Source of the DNA: Dicyema japonicum
Lineage: Eukaryota; Animalia; Dicyemida
Assembly (NCBI GenBank): GCA_011109175.1
Contig: RDEW01000009.1
Span: 1,506,950-1,570,949 of the forward strand
Direction: 5' to 3'
DNA: 64,000 bases
Shown here: positions 26,832-39,979 of the stretch, one piece after another
Layout of the letters: the number at the start of each line of letters is the position of its first letter
Position numbering within the stretch: the first letter of the stretch is position 1
Translations under genes and position numbers: made by a program
Notes under the pieces: generated by a model
Database searches by the model: none
Told to the model about the DNA's origin: nothing
What the model saw: only the letters and a program-made list of their open reading frames with translations

Positions 26832-27419
26832 TATTTTCTTTATAAATAACTAATATTAATCAGGATCATAAAAATCATAACATTATGAGAATTGCATACA
26901 AAAAGTCTCTGTTATTTTAACACCCCAACTAGAAAGTTAAGGCCCTTCCCCACAAAGACCATTCACTCCACCGGAAGGCCAATTAACAATAATTACTTAT
27001 GCATAATCGTATCCATGGAAACGATAATACATAAAGCTTAGTATATCTATGAATCATACTTTCTATCAAACTAAGTTGTTTTAGTGGGAGACTATAGATC
27101 ACTTGATCTTTGTCTTAATTTTGACGAAAACGGCTAATTTTGGATACAGCAGTAATTATTAAAAAAAACCCAATATTTTTACGTGTCACACAAAGACCGA
27201 TAATTAAAAAATGAATGAGCCGACAAATTTATTTTTAGTAAATGTCCTTGCAAACAATACCACGTCGGTTAGATGGGAAACTGCGAACATAAAGGAGGAA
27301 TAGGGAATAAATCTAAAATTTTAAACATTTATTGAGATTATAAAATAATTATATAATTAAAAATAATAATTTGAAACATTATTATTTATTTAAAAAATTA
27401 TTACAGCAGAATTACAGTT

Positions 27420-28926
27420 TCAAGAATTTGCGTAATGTAAAACATTCTTATGCCGACGAGTCATTTTTTTCACTTGGAAAAGCAAATAAATAATTTTTTA
27501 ACCCAAGGAATACGTATTATTCCCCCTAATAAGCTAGATCGCTATTTCTTTGTGATGGAATCTCAAAAAAAGAATAAGGATTCAACAACTGCCTTTTCCT
27601 GGACAATTCTAAAGAATTACTCGTTCGCTGCGAAACTGGAAACTTTGCGGAATTTTTCGAAATATAGTCCCCATATATTTGAATTTCGCAGATTTTAGTT
27701 CACTCTCTAAATTCACAACCAAGGGAGATATACGAGAGCAACTTAATCTGAAGGATGTTCCCTTTCAAGGATCTAGGATCTCTGCAGTAATCAAGTTCTC
27801 AGACTTTTGTAGGTCGGTATCCTTGAAATATTTATAGATCTCTACGTTGCATCTCTTACGGAGCTAAGTACAAAAGCAATTCATTTTATCCCTCCATAAA
27901 TATAACCCACAAGAACTCAAATACTATAATCGTCCCTTCGGTGATTTTGGGGTCAGTCTTTTTGCTATTTGAGGGCCTCAAACTTGCTACTTCTACTTGA
28001 ATGCTCTTACTGTTGGAACAAAAATAGTCTGAAGAGCTATTCTTTCGTGCTTCGTAATGAAAAGGGTCTCTTTTCTTGGAGCCTGTACTATCTGGGGGGT
28101 AGTCGTAATCAGCTTGGAGCGACAATATTCGCGAAACTGGGGACAAATGTCGAATTTGGGTTTTGTGGGGATTGTCTCGACCGTTCATTTCTTATTGGGG
28201 GAAGCTACAATAATAAATCTTGCTTTATCAAAGTAAAGTTAGATTTTCTATCGTAGGGAGTCATCAACGCCAAATTAGACGCCAGTCTGACTCTGACCTA
28301 TCGATGGAATGGTTTGGGTTTCTTTGATTTGTAGAAAATTTAAAACTGAATGGCTTTGGAACGATAAATCTTGCCAAATTGGAGTGGATGTCTCGGTATG
28401 GAGTGAGGATTATTTATGACGTTTAATTTTTGCCGAAATAAGATATTTTCGTTTATGGTAGTAAATTACATTGGAAGTGACTTCATTGTCATTAAGGTTC
28501 CACGTGCCTCACCTGCTCGTGGAGAAACCGGTTACATCTGTGGCGAACTGATCCAATCTCCCTTACCAAGCAACTACCAAATAGTTTGTTGTAGCTACGG
28601 GAGAAGCGCCAAACCGCCGTTCCCATATTTCTATTCTACTGTAGAACAATATGTTTAGATAATTATTACTCACATATGTTGTTTCTTGTTATTTGTTTAT
28701 CCCCGGTGGTAAGCAGGAAATGAATTTCAAAAACGGACGCTCAGAGATCCGCCAGGTGGTGTGGTGCAGAAGTCGAAGGCGGAAAAGAGAAGAAATGACC
28801 TGTCTTGTGGTAAAGGAGCATACCGACGAATCGTTTCCAATTCCGTTCAAATACTCTTGCAAACCGTATGGTGATTGCAGTGGAGGCTTGCCAAATGGAC
28901 ACTAACTTCCCAGTGTAGGGAAACAT
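27420..28926 (-). CDS. Possible multi-exon gene of unknown function
   Basis: GC-richer, ORF-rich block between AT-rich flanks with candidate tiny introns; exon chain not resolved, strand uncertain. Confidence 0.25.
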
Positions 28927-29039
28927 TTATTTTTTGTTATTGAACTGAGAACATGACATAAATACATAAAATCAATATATTATTGTCTAAGCGAATTCTT
29001 ATGATATAAAAGGATTAATCATGATTTTTATGTTAGTCA

Positions 29040-29348
29040 TAAATATCCAGATTTTATTAACAGTCTGGGCTTGTTAGCTAGCACCTCCCTGACTTGGTAG
29101 GAATCGTTATGTTAATGAATCGAGGAATGAAAGCAGGTCATCCAGAGTGTGCTTAACTTATTTCTTTTTGCCTGCATAAGAAGATTTCAGCCTTGTTCCG
29201 CAGTGATGAATCACTGATGACAGCGTCATTCGTCAATCCAAGAAGCATCGTAGATGGGGGAACCTTCAACCGTAATGGAGAGCGGTGAGATTCATAAATG
29301 GAATCATCTGGATTTTGTCCGACGCTTATGACGTCACCCCGGCAGACT
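29040..29348 (-). mobile_element. tRNA-derived SINE copy
   Basis: Minus strand TTATGAATCTCACCGCTCTCCA (B-box and tRNA 3'-like); full core cagtgatgaatcactgatgacagcgtcattcgtcaa. Confidence 0.65.
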
Positions 29349-29503
29349 ATTTATCCATAATTAATATAAATTTTAATTTTTATTACAAAATAAAAATATA
29401 AAGAAATAATGATATTTAAAAATAATTTAGTTTTTTATACATAATTTATTAAATTAACAATTAAATTAATTTCTGTGTATTCAAACTTGCAAAATTCCCT
29501 AAA

Positions 29504-30177
29504 ATGTCATTTATTCAGAAAGAACAAAGACGCTCAGCTACAGGATATTCCGAATGTGTTCAGAGACTCTTCATGTCCCGTTCTAAACTCAAAGCAGTGA
29601 GTAGGACATCTGCTCTTCTCTCTGGATTTGCTATGGTATTCGTCATTATTTACTGCAGGTTGCTCTGGTGGAGACAGGATCAGTAAGCTCCTTTAAGCAA
29701 CTTCCACTCTCCTTAATAATAGCCTTTACTTTGTGCACTACCGTTCTCGTCTCTGTGCATATTCTAGCACTCTTAATGAGCACATGCACTCTTCCCTATG
29801 TGGAGATGCTCGTGGCCGACATAAACGAAGCCTCCGAGTCTCCAGAATTGTACGGAAGTTGGTCCGCGATCGAAACGATTGCATGTGAGCAGGATCTGAG
29901 GTTTTACATTGACACTGCCTGGGCTCTTTCCACTGGATTCGGCATAATTTTGTTCGCATTGGAAGTCATCCTTATTTGTTGGGTCAGGTTTTACTCCGTT
30001 AGTTTGGTGGCCGCTGGAGTGGGGACAGTTGCCGTGATTCCTGTAATCATTGGTTTCTTTGCCTTTGGGATTAATTTCTACTCACGTGTCAAAAACAGAC
30101 ATTTACAAGCGAATGAACGTAGAATCAACGAGCTCGAAGGAATCGTTACCAAGGTCAACTTTGACCATCAAATATGA
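29504..30177 (+). CDS. ORAI1: Orai (CRAC) calcium channel
   Basis: LFMSRSKLKAVSRTSALLSGFAM|VALVE, LVSVHILALLMSTC, AWALSTGFGIILFALEV; one 23-nt intron. Confidence 0.95.
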
Positions 30178-31764
30178 TTTTATGCATAATTTATAAATTA
30201 TTTTGATTTGCTGTTACTTGCCACCATTGCACACTTGTGACCATTACGACTCCTTCCTTGTATTGCCCCACGTGCTCAGATGTTAATCAAGAACTTACAG
30301 TTTACCGAAAAGTCTTTTGAAAGAGAATTTAACGTCACAGTCATTTCTTGGTACTCATAGGAGGATCACCAAAGTCATTGTGGAAAAGAGGACCCGTAAA
30401 TGTTTAATATCTTATGCACATAAATTTTTGCTTATTTAATTGTTTAATCAATTTAAATCAATATTTTTAATTCACATGATTATCATTGGCGGATCTTAGT
30501 CTGTTGACATAAATTACAGCTTATTTTGTAACCCCATTTCTTGTAGATTGCCCTACTCGAATTTCTGGTCAGCCACTCTGTTCCGATTGAACAATTGAGT
30601 GATCCCACCTTCAATTAATTCTTGTACTCTCGTTAGGTGGTCACTAACGACCCCACCGTCTACCGGAAGTGTCTACTCGAATTTCTGCAGTGGAACTCGA
30701 TTAGGATATCCTCAAATTAATCTTGATTCCTCTGCATGGATAACTTTTACTTCATGTCGTTTCCTGGTTCCTTGCAGAAACGCACAAAACCTTAGGTCAT
30801 TGTTTTGTCAACTCCTCTGAAGAAGAGTAGCAATCGATTTCTTTTGTGGGAGAAGGTGCATGATTCCCTCGGAGTGAGGTGATATGTTCAACCTTCGTGG
30901 AGGAAAAAGCATGTCCACAGACGGAACATGGGTATTTGATGGTGGGAGGAATTATTTGATGATAAAATCTGATGATGCAGGTAACAGGAGGGTAGGGGTT
31001 CTAAGAAATTTCACTATCGAAACCTCCATGACGTAATTTGGTTTTTAGTGACGTTAACAATAATTTTTATGGGTTGGAACCTAATCTTAAAGTTAAAAAA
31101 TGTTTGGTTATCTTCTATTATTACCCATGACCACGAGGGAGTCACCACCTTGATGCTTGATGGCGGCCGGACTCCTACATGTGACACGAGACCATTAACT
31201 CCAATTGTACTTTCGATTTCTATTCGTCAATTTCCACTTCAACTGGGGAACCTAAAATAATCATAAGTTGCTCCATTCGATTCCTCCACAAGCACTAATC
31301 CTATCTATCTAATAGTTACAATTTCATGACAATAGTTAACTCAGTCAATAATTGGGCCAATTATATTATGGGTGATAATTGGAGGTATCCCCATCTCTGT
31401 TCATAACATTTGGAGTTTGCTATGAACTACAATTGATTACATGAACACTGGTTTCCATTACAAATACTTTTCCTCATTTTCAGAATATCTATAATACTGA
31501 ATCTAGCAGGATGAGGGAGAAGATAAAACACACTGAATTTCGCAAATAGTAGTTACTGACAGACCACGTGAATGGGATTTGAGACTATTCTTAGGTACTC
31601 GGTAGTCCATAATACGACCGAAACAACAGGATAGTCTAATAAAACCTGTACAATTTCTGAAATACCGCACTCTTATTTGATCTTCCAACATTATTTCGAT
31701 GTCCTTTTAATGAGAATAGTGAAATTGAGATTTTTACGGCATAATACTAAAGACAACTAAAAGG

Positions 31765-31950
31765 TTGGTTATTATCATTTTCTTGGGGAGATTCATTATA
31801 AGACAAAATCGTGATAGTTTAGGGTTCGAATCTCTTTGGTGTACATTCCAACTGAAGGTTTCATACATCTTCGATGCCTTGAGTTTGACGACGGACGTCA
31901 TCATCAGTGAGTACTTCACTGTGGACTGGAATGTTTCGATAATTTTTTAT
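31765..31950 (+). mobile_element. tRNA-derived SINE copy (diverged)
   Basis: Perfect B-box GGGTTCGAATCTC; core tttgacgacggacgtcatcatcagtgagtacttcactgtgg. Confidence 0.6.
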
Positions 31951-32309
31951 AATATTAGATCAACGAAGTTTTTCTGTTGTTCCTTTTTCTCCGCAGTCTT
32001 TCCGTATTTTCTGATATTAACAAAAGTTAGTTTACTTCTGGTATGTCGTTACTGAAGAGATAATCTCTCGTAAATTATCCTTACTTGGGTAAGACGAGTA
32101 TCTTGTAAATGGTGGAATTTATGTGGGCGAACATAGAATATGACAGTTTTCACCGATGATTGGAATGAAATTATTCCAAATACCATTTCGTGATCCTGAC
32201 GCGTTCCAGATGAGCCCTCATCGAAGCATAGTGATTCGGATAACATTGTCCGAGAAGCTGAGGCCGAAGCCAGAACTTGTCGCCAGGGAGCGAAATTGTT
32301 TCCTGGTGG

Positions 32310-33076
32310 AATGAATAGATGGATCCTCCACGCATTAGGTGTTTCTTGAGTAAGGTGGATCTAATGACGCCACTAGAAGAAGGAAAAAAAATCTTCAATA
32401 AAGGAAAACCTTTTACTGATGGTGAATTTATCAAGTCATGTTTTATTAAAACATGTGATATAATTTTTCACGATTTTTCAAATAAGACAGAATTCGTGAA
32501 TAAAATAATGAATATAACTTAAGATGTCTCGAATGTCACTATCTTCCAAAGGGTCAAACTCGTGATCAAGATTTTGTCGGCACAGTTGTAGAACATCTGG
32601 AAACGATTTTTAATAGAATCATCGAATTTGTTTGAAATTAACGCAGCTAAGTTAGAAATGCAACTATTGGACTCAAAATTTATTCGTCTTTTTGAAGAAC
32701 TCAAAAACATGGAACAGAATAATTATTACGTAGAATGCAAAAACAGCAGTATTGATATAAATTAAAGAAACCTCAGGAAATCATTTTCAAAACTTGGAAT
32801 TCCTTTCCAGATTCATTTTATGAATTAAAAAATGCCTATGGAACTCAAATTAAAATTGATACCCAGACATCAGACAACTGTCGAAAGAAATGAGGAATCA
32901 TATCTCTTATTAATGAGACTTTAATTAATTTTAATTTTTTTGAAATGATTTACTAAATAATCATTGGACTTTTGATTAGGATAAGTGGTAAGCAAAAAAA
33001 GGGGCTCTGCAATTTTTCGTAATTTCCAAAAATGTCAAAAAGTGGCGCTTCTCCAAAAGTATTTGCCGACCCCTGC
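32310..33076 (+). mobile_element. hAT (SPIN/Charlie-like) remnant
   Basis: KGKPFTDGEFIKSCF motif; right end tttgccgacccctg. Confidence 0.6.
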
Positions 33077-33202
33077 ACTATCCAATGGTTATCGAAAACC
33101 AAGACTTATACACAGCTTGCAAATCATAGCACCTGGATGCAATTATTACCAAGATTCGATGGGGGTTACATATTAGGGATGAATCATGTCGTTCCTGCTT
33201 AC

Positions 33203-33354
33203 AAAAGAGTTAAGGAGATTTCTGAAAGGTAAGGTATAAAAAAGGTATTAAAAAAAGGAAGGGTCCAGGTGTGGAGTCCAAGTCTTATGGTAGGACTCAG
33301 ATGTAATACCTTTCAGAATCTCCTTAACTCTTTTGTCAATAAATCGTTGTTGTT
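33203..33354. mobile_element. 152-bp foldback insertion with 12-bp TSD inside a LINE C-terminal remnant
   Basis: 30/31-bp inverted repeat 33201-33231 vs 33307-33336; gttcctgcttac at 33191-33202 and 33355-33366. Confidence 0.7.
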
Positions 33355-33569
33355 GTTCCTGCTTACGATATTATGAATCATACTTCCTCTGCACAGAGGC
33401 TTCTAGAAAAGGGCCACGAACTACTTTGCCATCAATAATGAAGATCCATCTAAAAAATGTTAAAATGGCATTAGAAAACGCAGATGATCTATACAGCTCG
33501 AGAAAAGTCTAACGGACTGCATCATCCGAGGTGGCACAGGCAACGGGAAAAATGTTTTAATTTTAAATT

Positions 33570-33810
33570 TATTTAACCAAAAAATACCGTCATAACCAAA
33601 AAAATCAGGTGATCCCGGCCTCCTTCAACATTCTTCGCATGCTCGGACTTGAAAGCCGTCCAGAGGAACTCCTCTGGATGGTTGTTGACTAATGGTCTTT
33701 TTTGGATATAATTTAGATTATATCTGGCGCCAGCAGAGATGGTGAACCACATAACACACGCTAACAATTGAAGCTCCCTGAAGCCAAAGGGAAAAGGAAA
33801 AACAGAAGAA
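33570..33810 (-). mobile_element. LINE family C-like 3' fragment
   Basis: Minus frame EHAKNVEGG / LKEAGIT*; tail atttattt. Confidence 0.7.
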
Positions 33811-34294
33811 TCAAACAACTAATCTTCAATTCATGTAGCCAGATAGCACCACACTGACTTTGGCGCCACGTGGCATTTTATTCCTATTACAGATGTGCAT
33901 AATAATAAAGGTTTTACGTTGAAGAAAAATCTTCTTTTTTTTAAATTTAACAATAAATAAAGCAAATTTACTATCAGAATGAAAGAAATCCACAACTACA
34001 GACAGATTTTTTAATCAATCCGTCGAATCGTCTGGAATGCTCGATTTGTCGAAAGATCTGATGTCTCTCAGAACTAAGAGAATGGGTGTTCCATTAGTGA
34101 TCATATACTTTCTGGGTAACTTAAGTTTCGACAACTAATATTTTTTGGGTAAACGAGGAGCATGGAAGCAAATTCCGGAACGTGCGTACATACGGCGATA
34201 ATATTAGATAAAAGATTTTCAACAATTTTCTGTTTTAAAACCAATGACTTTTTACTAGACATTTTGCATGTTGTTAACTTCTTTAATTTAGCTG

Positions 34295-34375
34295 AAAGTG
34301 AGTCCCTGTAGACAATCAGGTTCTGCGGTGAGGTATCACTGACGACAGCGTCACTCGTCAAGCATGTAACCTAAA
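34295..34375 (-). mobile_element. SINE core remnant upstream of AP3S
   Basis: gagtccctgtagacaatcaggttctgcggtgaggtatcactgacgacagcgtcactcgtcaa. Confidence 0.6.
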
Positions 34376-34502
34376 CACTCGTTGATAATAAATTATTGGT
34401 TTTAATAAATCAATAATTAATAATTTAGTTTTATACAATAAATAAAATTAGATAAAAATGTGAATTTGAAATAATTAAAAATTTTATCAATTCATTTTAT
34501 CT

Positions 34503-35140
34503 ATGATTAAAGGAGTAGTGATAGTCAACAAAATCGGGAGGGCCCGTCTTATAAAGTTCTACACTCACTACGTAATCTATTGGATCTTTATTTCAACAGA
34601 CCTTGGACCAAGAACAGGAGTTTGTACTTAAAATTCACCAACTCGTCTCCTGCAGAAATGATTCAGACTGTTCTTTCGTTGAGGGAGTTAAACTCGGTGA
34701 GTCTGGAGAATTTGTTGTGGTGTACAGAACTTACGCGTCCCTGCATTTTGTGTTTTGTGTCGACATGGTGGAAAGCCTGCTGGAAATCTACGGACTTATT
34801 CAAGTTTATATTTTCTAATTCTGCCAGACTTTTGTGGAGATTTTGGACATAATTTTCACAAACGTTCGGGAAATTGATTTGGTGTTCCATCCCGACGTGG
34901 TTTCCACGGTAACTCAGTAGTTTAGGTTCATCAAGTACTCAATGAGATCATAAGCAACGGACTTATCCTTGGGTGGTCTAAAGATGAGATTTACAAGAGA
35001 TTTAGTAATGCTTGTGAAGTCGAACGGTGCGAGGTCTGAAGAAATATTTATTTTAGGATATGGTTGCCAGTAAAATAAATGAATTTAAAAATTCTTCCAA
35101 AAAGATTAATAATTTTATTAAATATTTCCATAAAAAATAA
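34503..35140 (+). CDS. AP3S1: AP-3 complex sigma subunit
   Basis: MIKGVVIVNKIGRARLIKFY, VVYRTYASLHFVFCVD, LIQ|TFVEILD, EIDLVFH; introns of 28, 24, 26 and 23 nt. Confidence 0.85.
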
Positions 35141-35149
35141 TTTCTTTAG

Positions 35150-35790
35150 TCTGTCACATTTTAGTGCTTTTGTTGTCTGGTGACTTCAGTGAAATTCGAG
35201 CTGATGCGATTATTATAATAAACCGGATATAGCCAAAAGAGTAATGAAACCTGCTTGATCGAAGCGAGGGTTACTTATCTGGACAACTTGAACTCAGTTG
35301 AAGTGAAAAACTCCATAAATACAACATTGGCTAGTGAACTGGAAACAATTAGCAAGACCAAATTGAGGATGTTGTCTATTGTTATAACCAAGGTTGGTTT
35401 AGTATCCCCGTTTAGTTAAAAGTACCTGAAAGTGCTGCAAATACGATTTATTGGGTATGTCCAGGTTATTTTACTCTAGTAAACGATGAAGAGCAGTGGG
35501 TAACGGATTCTAAAATGCTCACCCAAAAACATCCACGGTCGTAAAAAATACTTGAGATCATATTCGATACTTGCTATTTAAAAAATATCTTTTCTAAAAA
35601 TCTCAGAGACGCTCAAATCATCGGGGCAGTGACTGATACGTATTTTGATCATTTCAAGGAGATCCCAACAGCAGATCTTTGCATCTATCAGTGGCCTCCT
35701 CACTTCCGCTAGACGTATGCCCCACACAGGCTCATATGCACGTGGGCAATAAAACACAGCCTAAGGTTATTCTAAGTGGGATAAATAAAA
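35150..35790 (-). CDS. Probable small multi-exon membrane protein, unidentified
   Basis: Hydrophobic minus frames (NILNLVLLIVSSSLANVVFMEFF; AGFITLLAISGLL) with candidate tiny introns, packed between AP3S and UFM1. Confidence 0.35.
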
Positions 35791-35830
35791 ATTGTTAAAA
35801 GTAAAGACAAATCTCCACCAAAATAAATTC

Positions 35831-36169
35831 TCATAAATAATAATTCAGAATAAAAATACTCCCCACACGGTCTCTTGGAATAAGTCGGAGCTCAGAGCCG
35901 TATTTAAGAAACACGTTCCCAGAGCTTTCAGTGGGGATTATTCCAATACCTTCGCTTGATATCATGGCGGAGGTTGAGGCATTCACATTAAACTACAATG
36001 TAGGGGATAATGTACCTCCTTGGCAGCAAAACGAAGAATAACACTGATGGGGGCCTCACTTGGAACTGATAGAACCCGGTAGGGAAGATTTGGATCTGAT
36101 GCAAGTATAATTTTGAAATTAACTTTTCTGCCGCATTTACTGAATAATGTGATACCTATCCAATTCCAT
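35831..36169 (-). CDS. UFM1: Ubiquitin-fold modifier 1
   Basis: [22 protein letters not shown]...[20 protein letters not shown]; introns of 28 and 23 nt. Confidence 0.92.
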
Positions 36170-36228
36170 AACAAAGATTAAATGACAATTTAAATAAAAA
36201 TCAATAATAAATTATTATTTTTATAAAA

Positions 36229-37195
36229 TTACTTTTTCTTCATCACCTTAACTGACAAATTTAAATTATAGGTCGTGGACTTTTCTGTGGACGTTGACAT
36301 TGAATTTGTTTTGTATAGAGTAGTATGCAATGTGTTCGTAGACGTCATAACACATGTATACTTGCAATAATTTATGTCATCGACATAGGCACGTGTTATC
36401 GAATTTTCGTCGGAATCAATTGGAATATCATGCAAGAATAAGTTAAAGAGCGACGATGACAAGGGGGAACCCTTTGGTACGCCATTTGGAAGAAATTTTG
36501 AGATCAATGTTACGACTATTCCTTTTATACTATTGAGAAAGTTCCCAAGCCATCTTTTGAAAATGTTTGGGATTTCTAAGCAGTAGATCTTCTTCGTTAA
36601 GATTTTTCTGGGAACCGATTAAAAAACCTGCGGATGTCAATCGAACACAATAAAGTTTTGAGCTGCCTAGGCTTTGACTCAAGTTCCGCCATAAACTTGT
36701 AGATAGGTCGTTTTTAAATCAGTGCTGGAATGATTCTTTAGGTAAATATGGGAAGATGCTGCTCGTTCATTTTATGAACTAAGTAGCTGTTCTGAGTATA
36801 AAACTTCATCATTCTGTCGATTTCCTTTTTTCTTAATTCAGGACTGTTTCTCTTCTCAGGGTTTTTTTATTTTCGAGAGAGTTTTGTAGGGATCTTTGCT
36901 TGTTAAACGTGGAGGGATTTTCTTTACTCATCCACTTTCCTTTTCTTAGAAATTATCTTTATTTCGCTATCCAGCACTCGAATTCGGTATCTAATTTCTA
37001 ATGATGGCCTTTGGATGCTTTTGAGACGATTGCGTTCATTCATAATCTTAGTTTTGTAGTCAAAACATTTAATGTAGGATTTGATCTTTCTCTGATACCT
37101 TGATTGCCTCTGGATCTTCCTGTTAACATGGGAAACTGCATTATCGAGTGAGTTGGAACTTACTATATCGAAATCTGCCAAGCTTATGTCCACAT
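36229..37195 (-). mobile_element. Degenerate LINE (A-like) linker and RT fragment
   Basis: FLPNGVPKGSPLSSSLFN, YVDD; frameshifted. Confidence 0.7.
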
Positions 37196-37199
37196 ATTA

Positions 37200-37314
37200 A
37201 GAAAATACAATAAAAAATTTATTTGACTGATTTATAAATTTTCATTTTTAGTTGCCATAAATGCATTTTTTAGCTGCCATATTAGAAATTTTAGTTGCTA
37301 TAAAAATTGCCCTA
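37200..37314. mobile_element. hAT right end with subterminal repeats
   Basis: Repeated ttttagttgc/ttttagctgc motifs ending ttgcccta, like 16649. Confidence 0.55.
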
Positions 37315-37635
37315 AATATTAGTAGTGAAAACTGATTATATCTCCTTTTTCTTAGATAATAATAAATCGATATACTAACTTATTACGTATTTGTCTCTTA
37401 GATAATATCAACTCGACTATAAAAACTTATATTAGCTCTCTTGGTTACATCCATGTCAGACGAGTATACAGCAAATACAAAAATTATACTAAACCTTCCC
37501 AGCGAATGAAAGAACACCAAGTTAAACAAAAATAAAACAACAAAAGCCAACAACATAAAACCAATGAGATCACTAATCAATAAAATGGGGTATATAGTAA
37601 ATCTCACTCTATTGATAGATCATCCCGAACAGACG

Positions 37636-39700
37636 TCAGGGTGCAAACATTACGCTTTTAAATTGGTCGAAAGTGCAAGAGAACAATCCAATACTGTCCC
37701 TGGCAGTCCTCAAAGCGAATATGTCTTCAGTCACAAATATGCATCCTTTCCACGTGATATTCATGTTTATATCTTTCTCAGCCACTTTCATCTCCTCTTT
37801 TAGCTCTCGGAATACTTTATCTTGGAACTCCTTCGCCGACCGTATTATAAGGAGATCATTATTCTACCAATAACACCAAGAGTAACTGATTTCTCCTCAG
37901 GCCGACTACACCAGATCTTCTTGAATAAATCACTGGTCTTGATTACATTTAGTGCAGCCTTCGCCTTCCTACCCTTCTCCCCGTGCATTAGGTGGTTCAA
38001 TTCTGAGAGGACAACGTTGGGGAGCAGTATATCAAGTTTCATAAGCCCCATACCCTTAGTCAATCTCACAATGTATTCCAAACTGGACTCGTTCATGTAA
38101 ATGTTCGTGTCAAATACGACACCTCCCATAACTACAACAGTGAGGTCACTCCCATAGAGCTTATCCCCCATTTTATCCATCAATGGGAAGTTCAGAGACT
38201 TTGACAGGGGATTTGAACTCGCTCTTGGCCCTTCCCAGTCCACACACTCATACATGTCTTCTTTTTCAATCAACATAGTAAAGAGATCAATTATCTCGGT
38301 GGATATTTCGACATCGTCTATTACCATGGCAGTAATAATTTGCAAGGGAACTTTAGAAAACCCAAAATTAACTAAAATAAGATATTCTAACAACCTAGAG
38401 ACATGCTGGACTTGAAATCTATCACATGTTCCATCATTCTCTTAGATGCCCACATAATAAATGGTCCAAATTTGCACGTGCCCACATAACAGGAGTTATT
38501 TAGATCGGATTGATAAAATGTGAGAAGAAATACAAGTCTGCCATGAGGTACCCAATTGTGGCCCATTTTGAAAGAATCTTGGGCGACTATATTTACAAAT
38601 CCGAGGACTCCTTCAACAATCTCATCCCCCACACATGACTCAATATAGCTGAATGCATTTTTCATCCAAACTACGAGCATTCTGACGAGGATCAAGTCGG
38701 AGATCTTGGACAAAGCCAATTTGAGGATCATGTAGAACAACTGAGTGAGTTCTTTGATCGACTCTAGGCTTATACCCTGGTGGAGGCGAGACTGAACAAA
38801 GCAAAAGCAACAAATAAAAGATTCGATCAACTGGAATAACAGAACGAAATACAGATTGGTCATCAGTGAGATCAAAAGGAAGTTTAGCAGATTGGTTCCT
38901 CAATACCACAGAGTAATCACGACTGACCACAATCTCAGGTTTCCCAATTCGACCTCTTGTTGGGATGGACACACGTGATGACTAAAAACATCATTAATCA
39001 AACTAACATTTTCAAACTGAGCGTAAATAAGTTGGAGGTACTCCTTGCACTGCAAGTGGTCCATGTTGCAGCTGATGGCAAGTGTGTAGTAAAATAGGGA
39101 GGTGAAACAGTCTTTCTATGATAGCTTGGACCAAGCATACCCTATCACAGAAGAGGTACCCCATTTTGAAGAATGGAGAACTGTGGAGAGAGTCGAGCTC
39201 GATCGCCAGTTTGTAACGACTGAATGTTATGGGAAAAGTACCTCCAAGCTTCATGGAAAGTGGCTCCCTCTGACATTTGGTAGCGGTACATGTCTCCGAG
39301 TTTCATTTGGAGGACACAGTTGAGCTTGTTGAGGTTGGGTCGCTTGTCAAACATAAGATCTTCCTCCATTTTAAGGAGTATTTCAGTGAACTGGGGTTAA
39401 TTAACAAGTTACTTTGACTATTAGGTCTGGTAATGGGCTGTTATAGGAGTCACGCATCCGCAAAATTTTATAGAGCGGATGGAAGACCAGATTGAAGAAT
39501 ATTTCGCAGACAGCAATCCTACGGCGAGAGAATTATTGAAGATTTCCAGACAGGACTCAAATTTGGAATAGAATAAATCACTGAAATGAGTTAAAAAGAT
39601 ACTATGTCGACATGAGGTGTGTGGTCTGACACTTATGACCTTTATTACGAATGAAGAAATTAAACTCTGAAAATATATCAGAACATTCCTTTAAAGCCAT
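37636..39700 (-). CDS. SMG6: SMG6/EST1A-like NMD endonuclease (EST1 TPR plus PIN)
   Basis: LGDMYRYQ (EST1 domain); PIN motifs VFDTN, VLSELNHL, NNDLLI, FVTED with the acidic triad apparently retained; 5' end approximate. Confidence 0.75.
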
Positions 39701-39979
39701 ATATACTTATAAAGCAACAACACACAGAAAGTATCAAACTAATATTATTTATTGTTCAATTAGATTCGCCATTAAAAAATAAATAAATTTTATTGTTAAA
39801 TATATTATCAAATAAAAATAATTTTAAATTTATATCCAACATAAAAATTATCAATGCAATATAAACTTAAATTAATGGAATTTTAAATAATAATCAATAA
39901 TTAAATTCGATTTTAATGTAAAAATCAAATTTGCCCATTTAATAACTTTTGTTATTATTAATATTGACTGTTTAGTTTT

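Noticed and set aside
29195-29235. Hammerhead ribozyme or retrozyme (CTGATGA in the repeat core)
   Set aside because: CTGATGA is tied up in the conserved stems, the GAAA motif is missing in nearly all copies, stem I cannot form, and the motif is antisense to the SINE.
30500-31720. Host gene or Penelope GIY-YIG between Orai and the 31765 SINE
   Set aside because: Only weak, broken motifs (YPCSVCGHAF, APE-like LVVMG) were found. Probably old retroelement debris, too degraded to call.
34101-34361. RNase H-like ORF (IVYRDSLSA)
   Set aside because: The motif is a chance translation of the SINE core, and no other RNase H residues follow.
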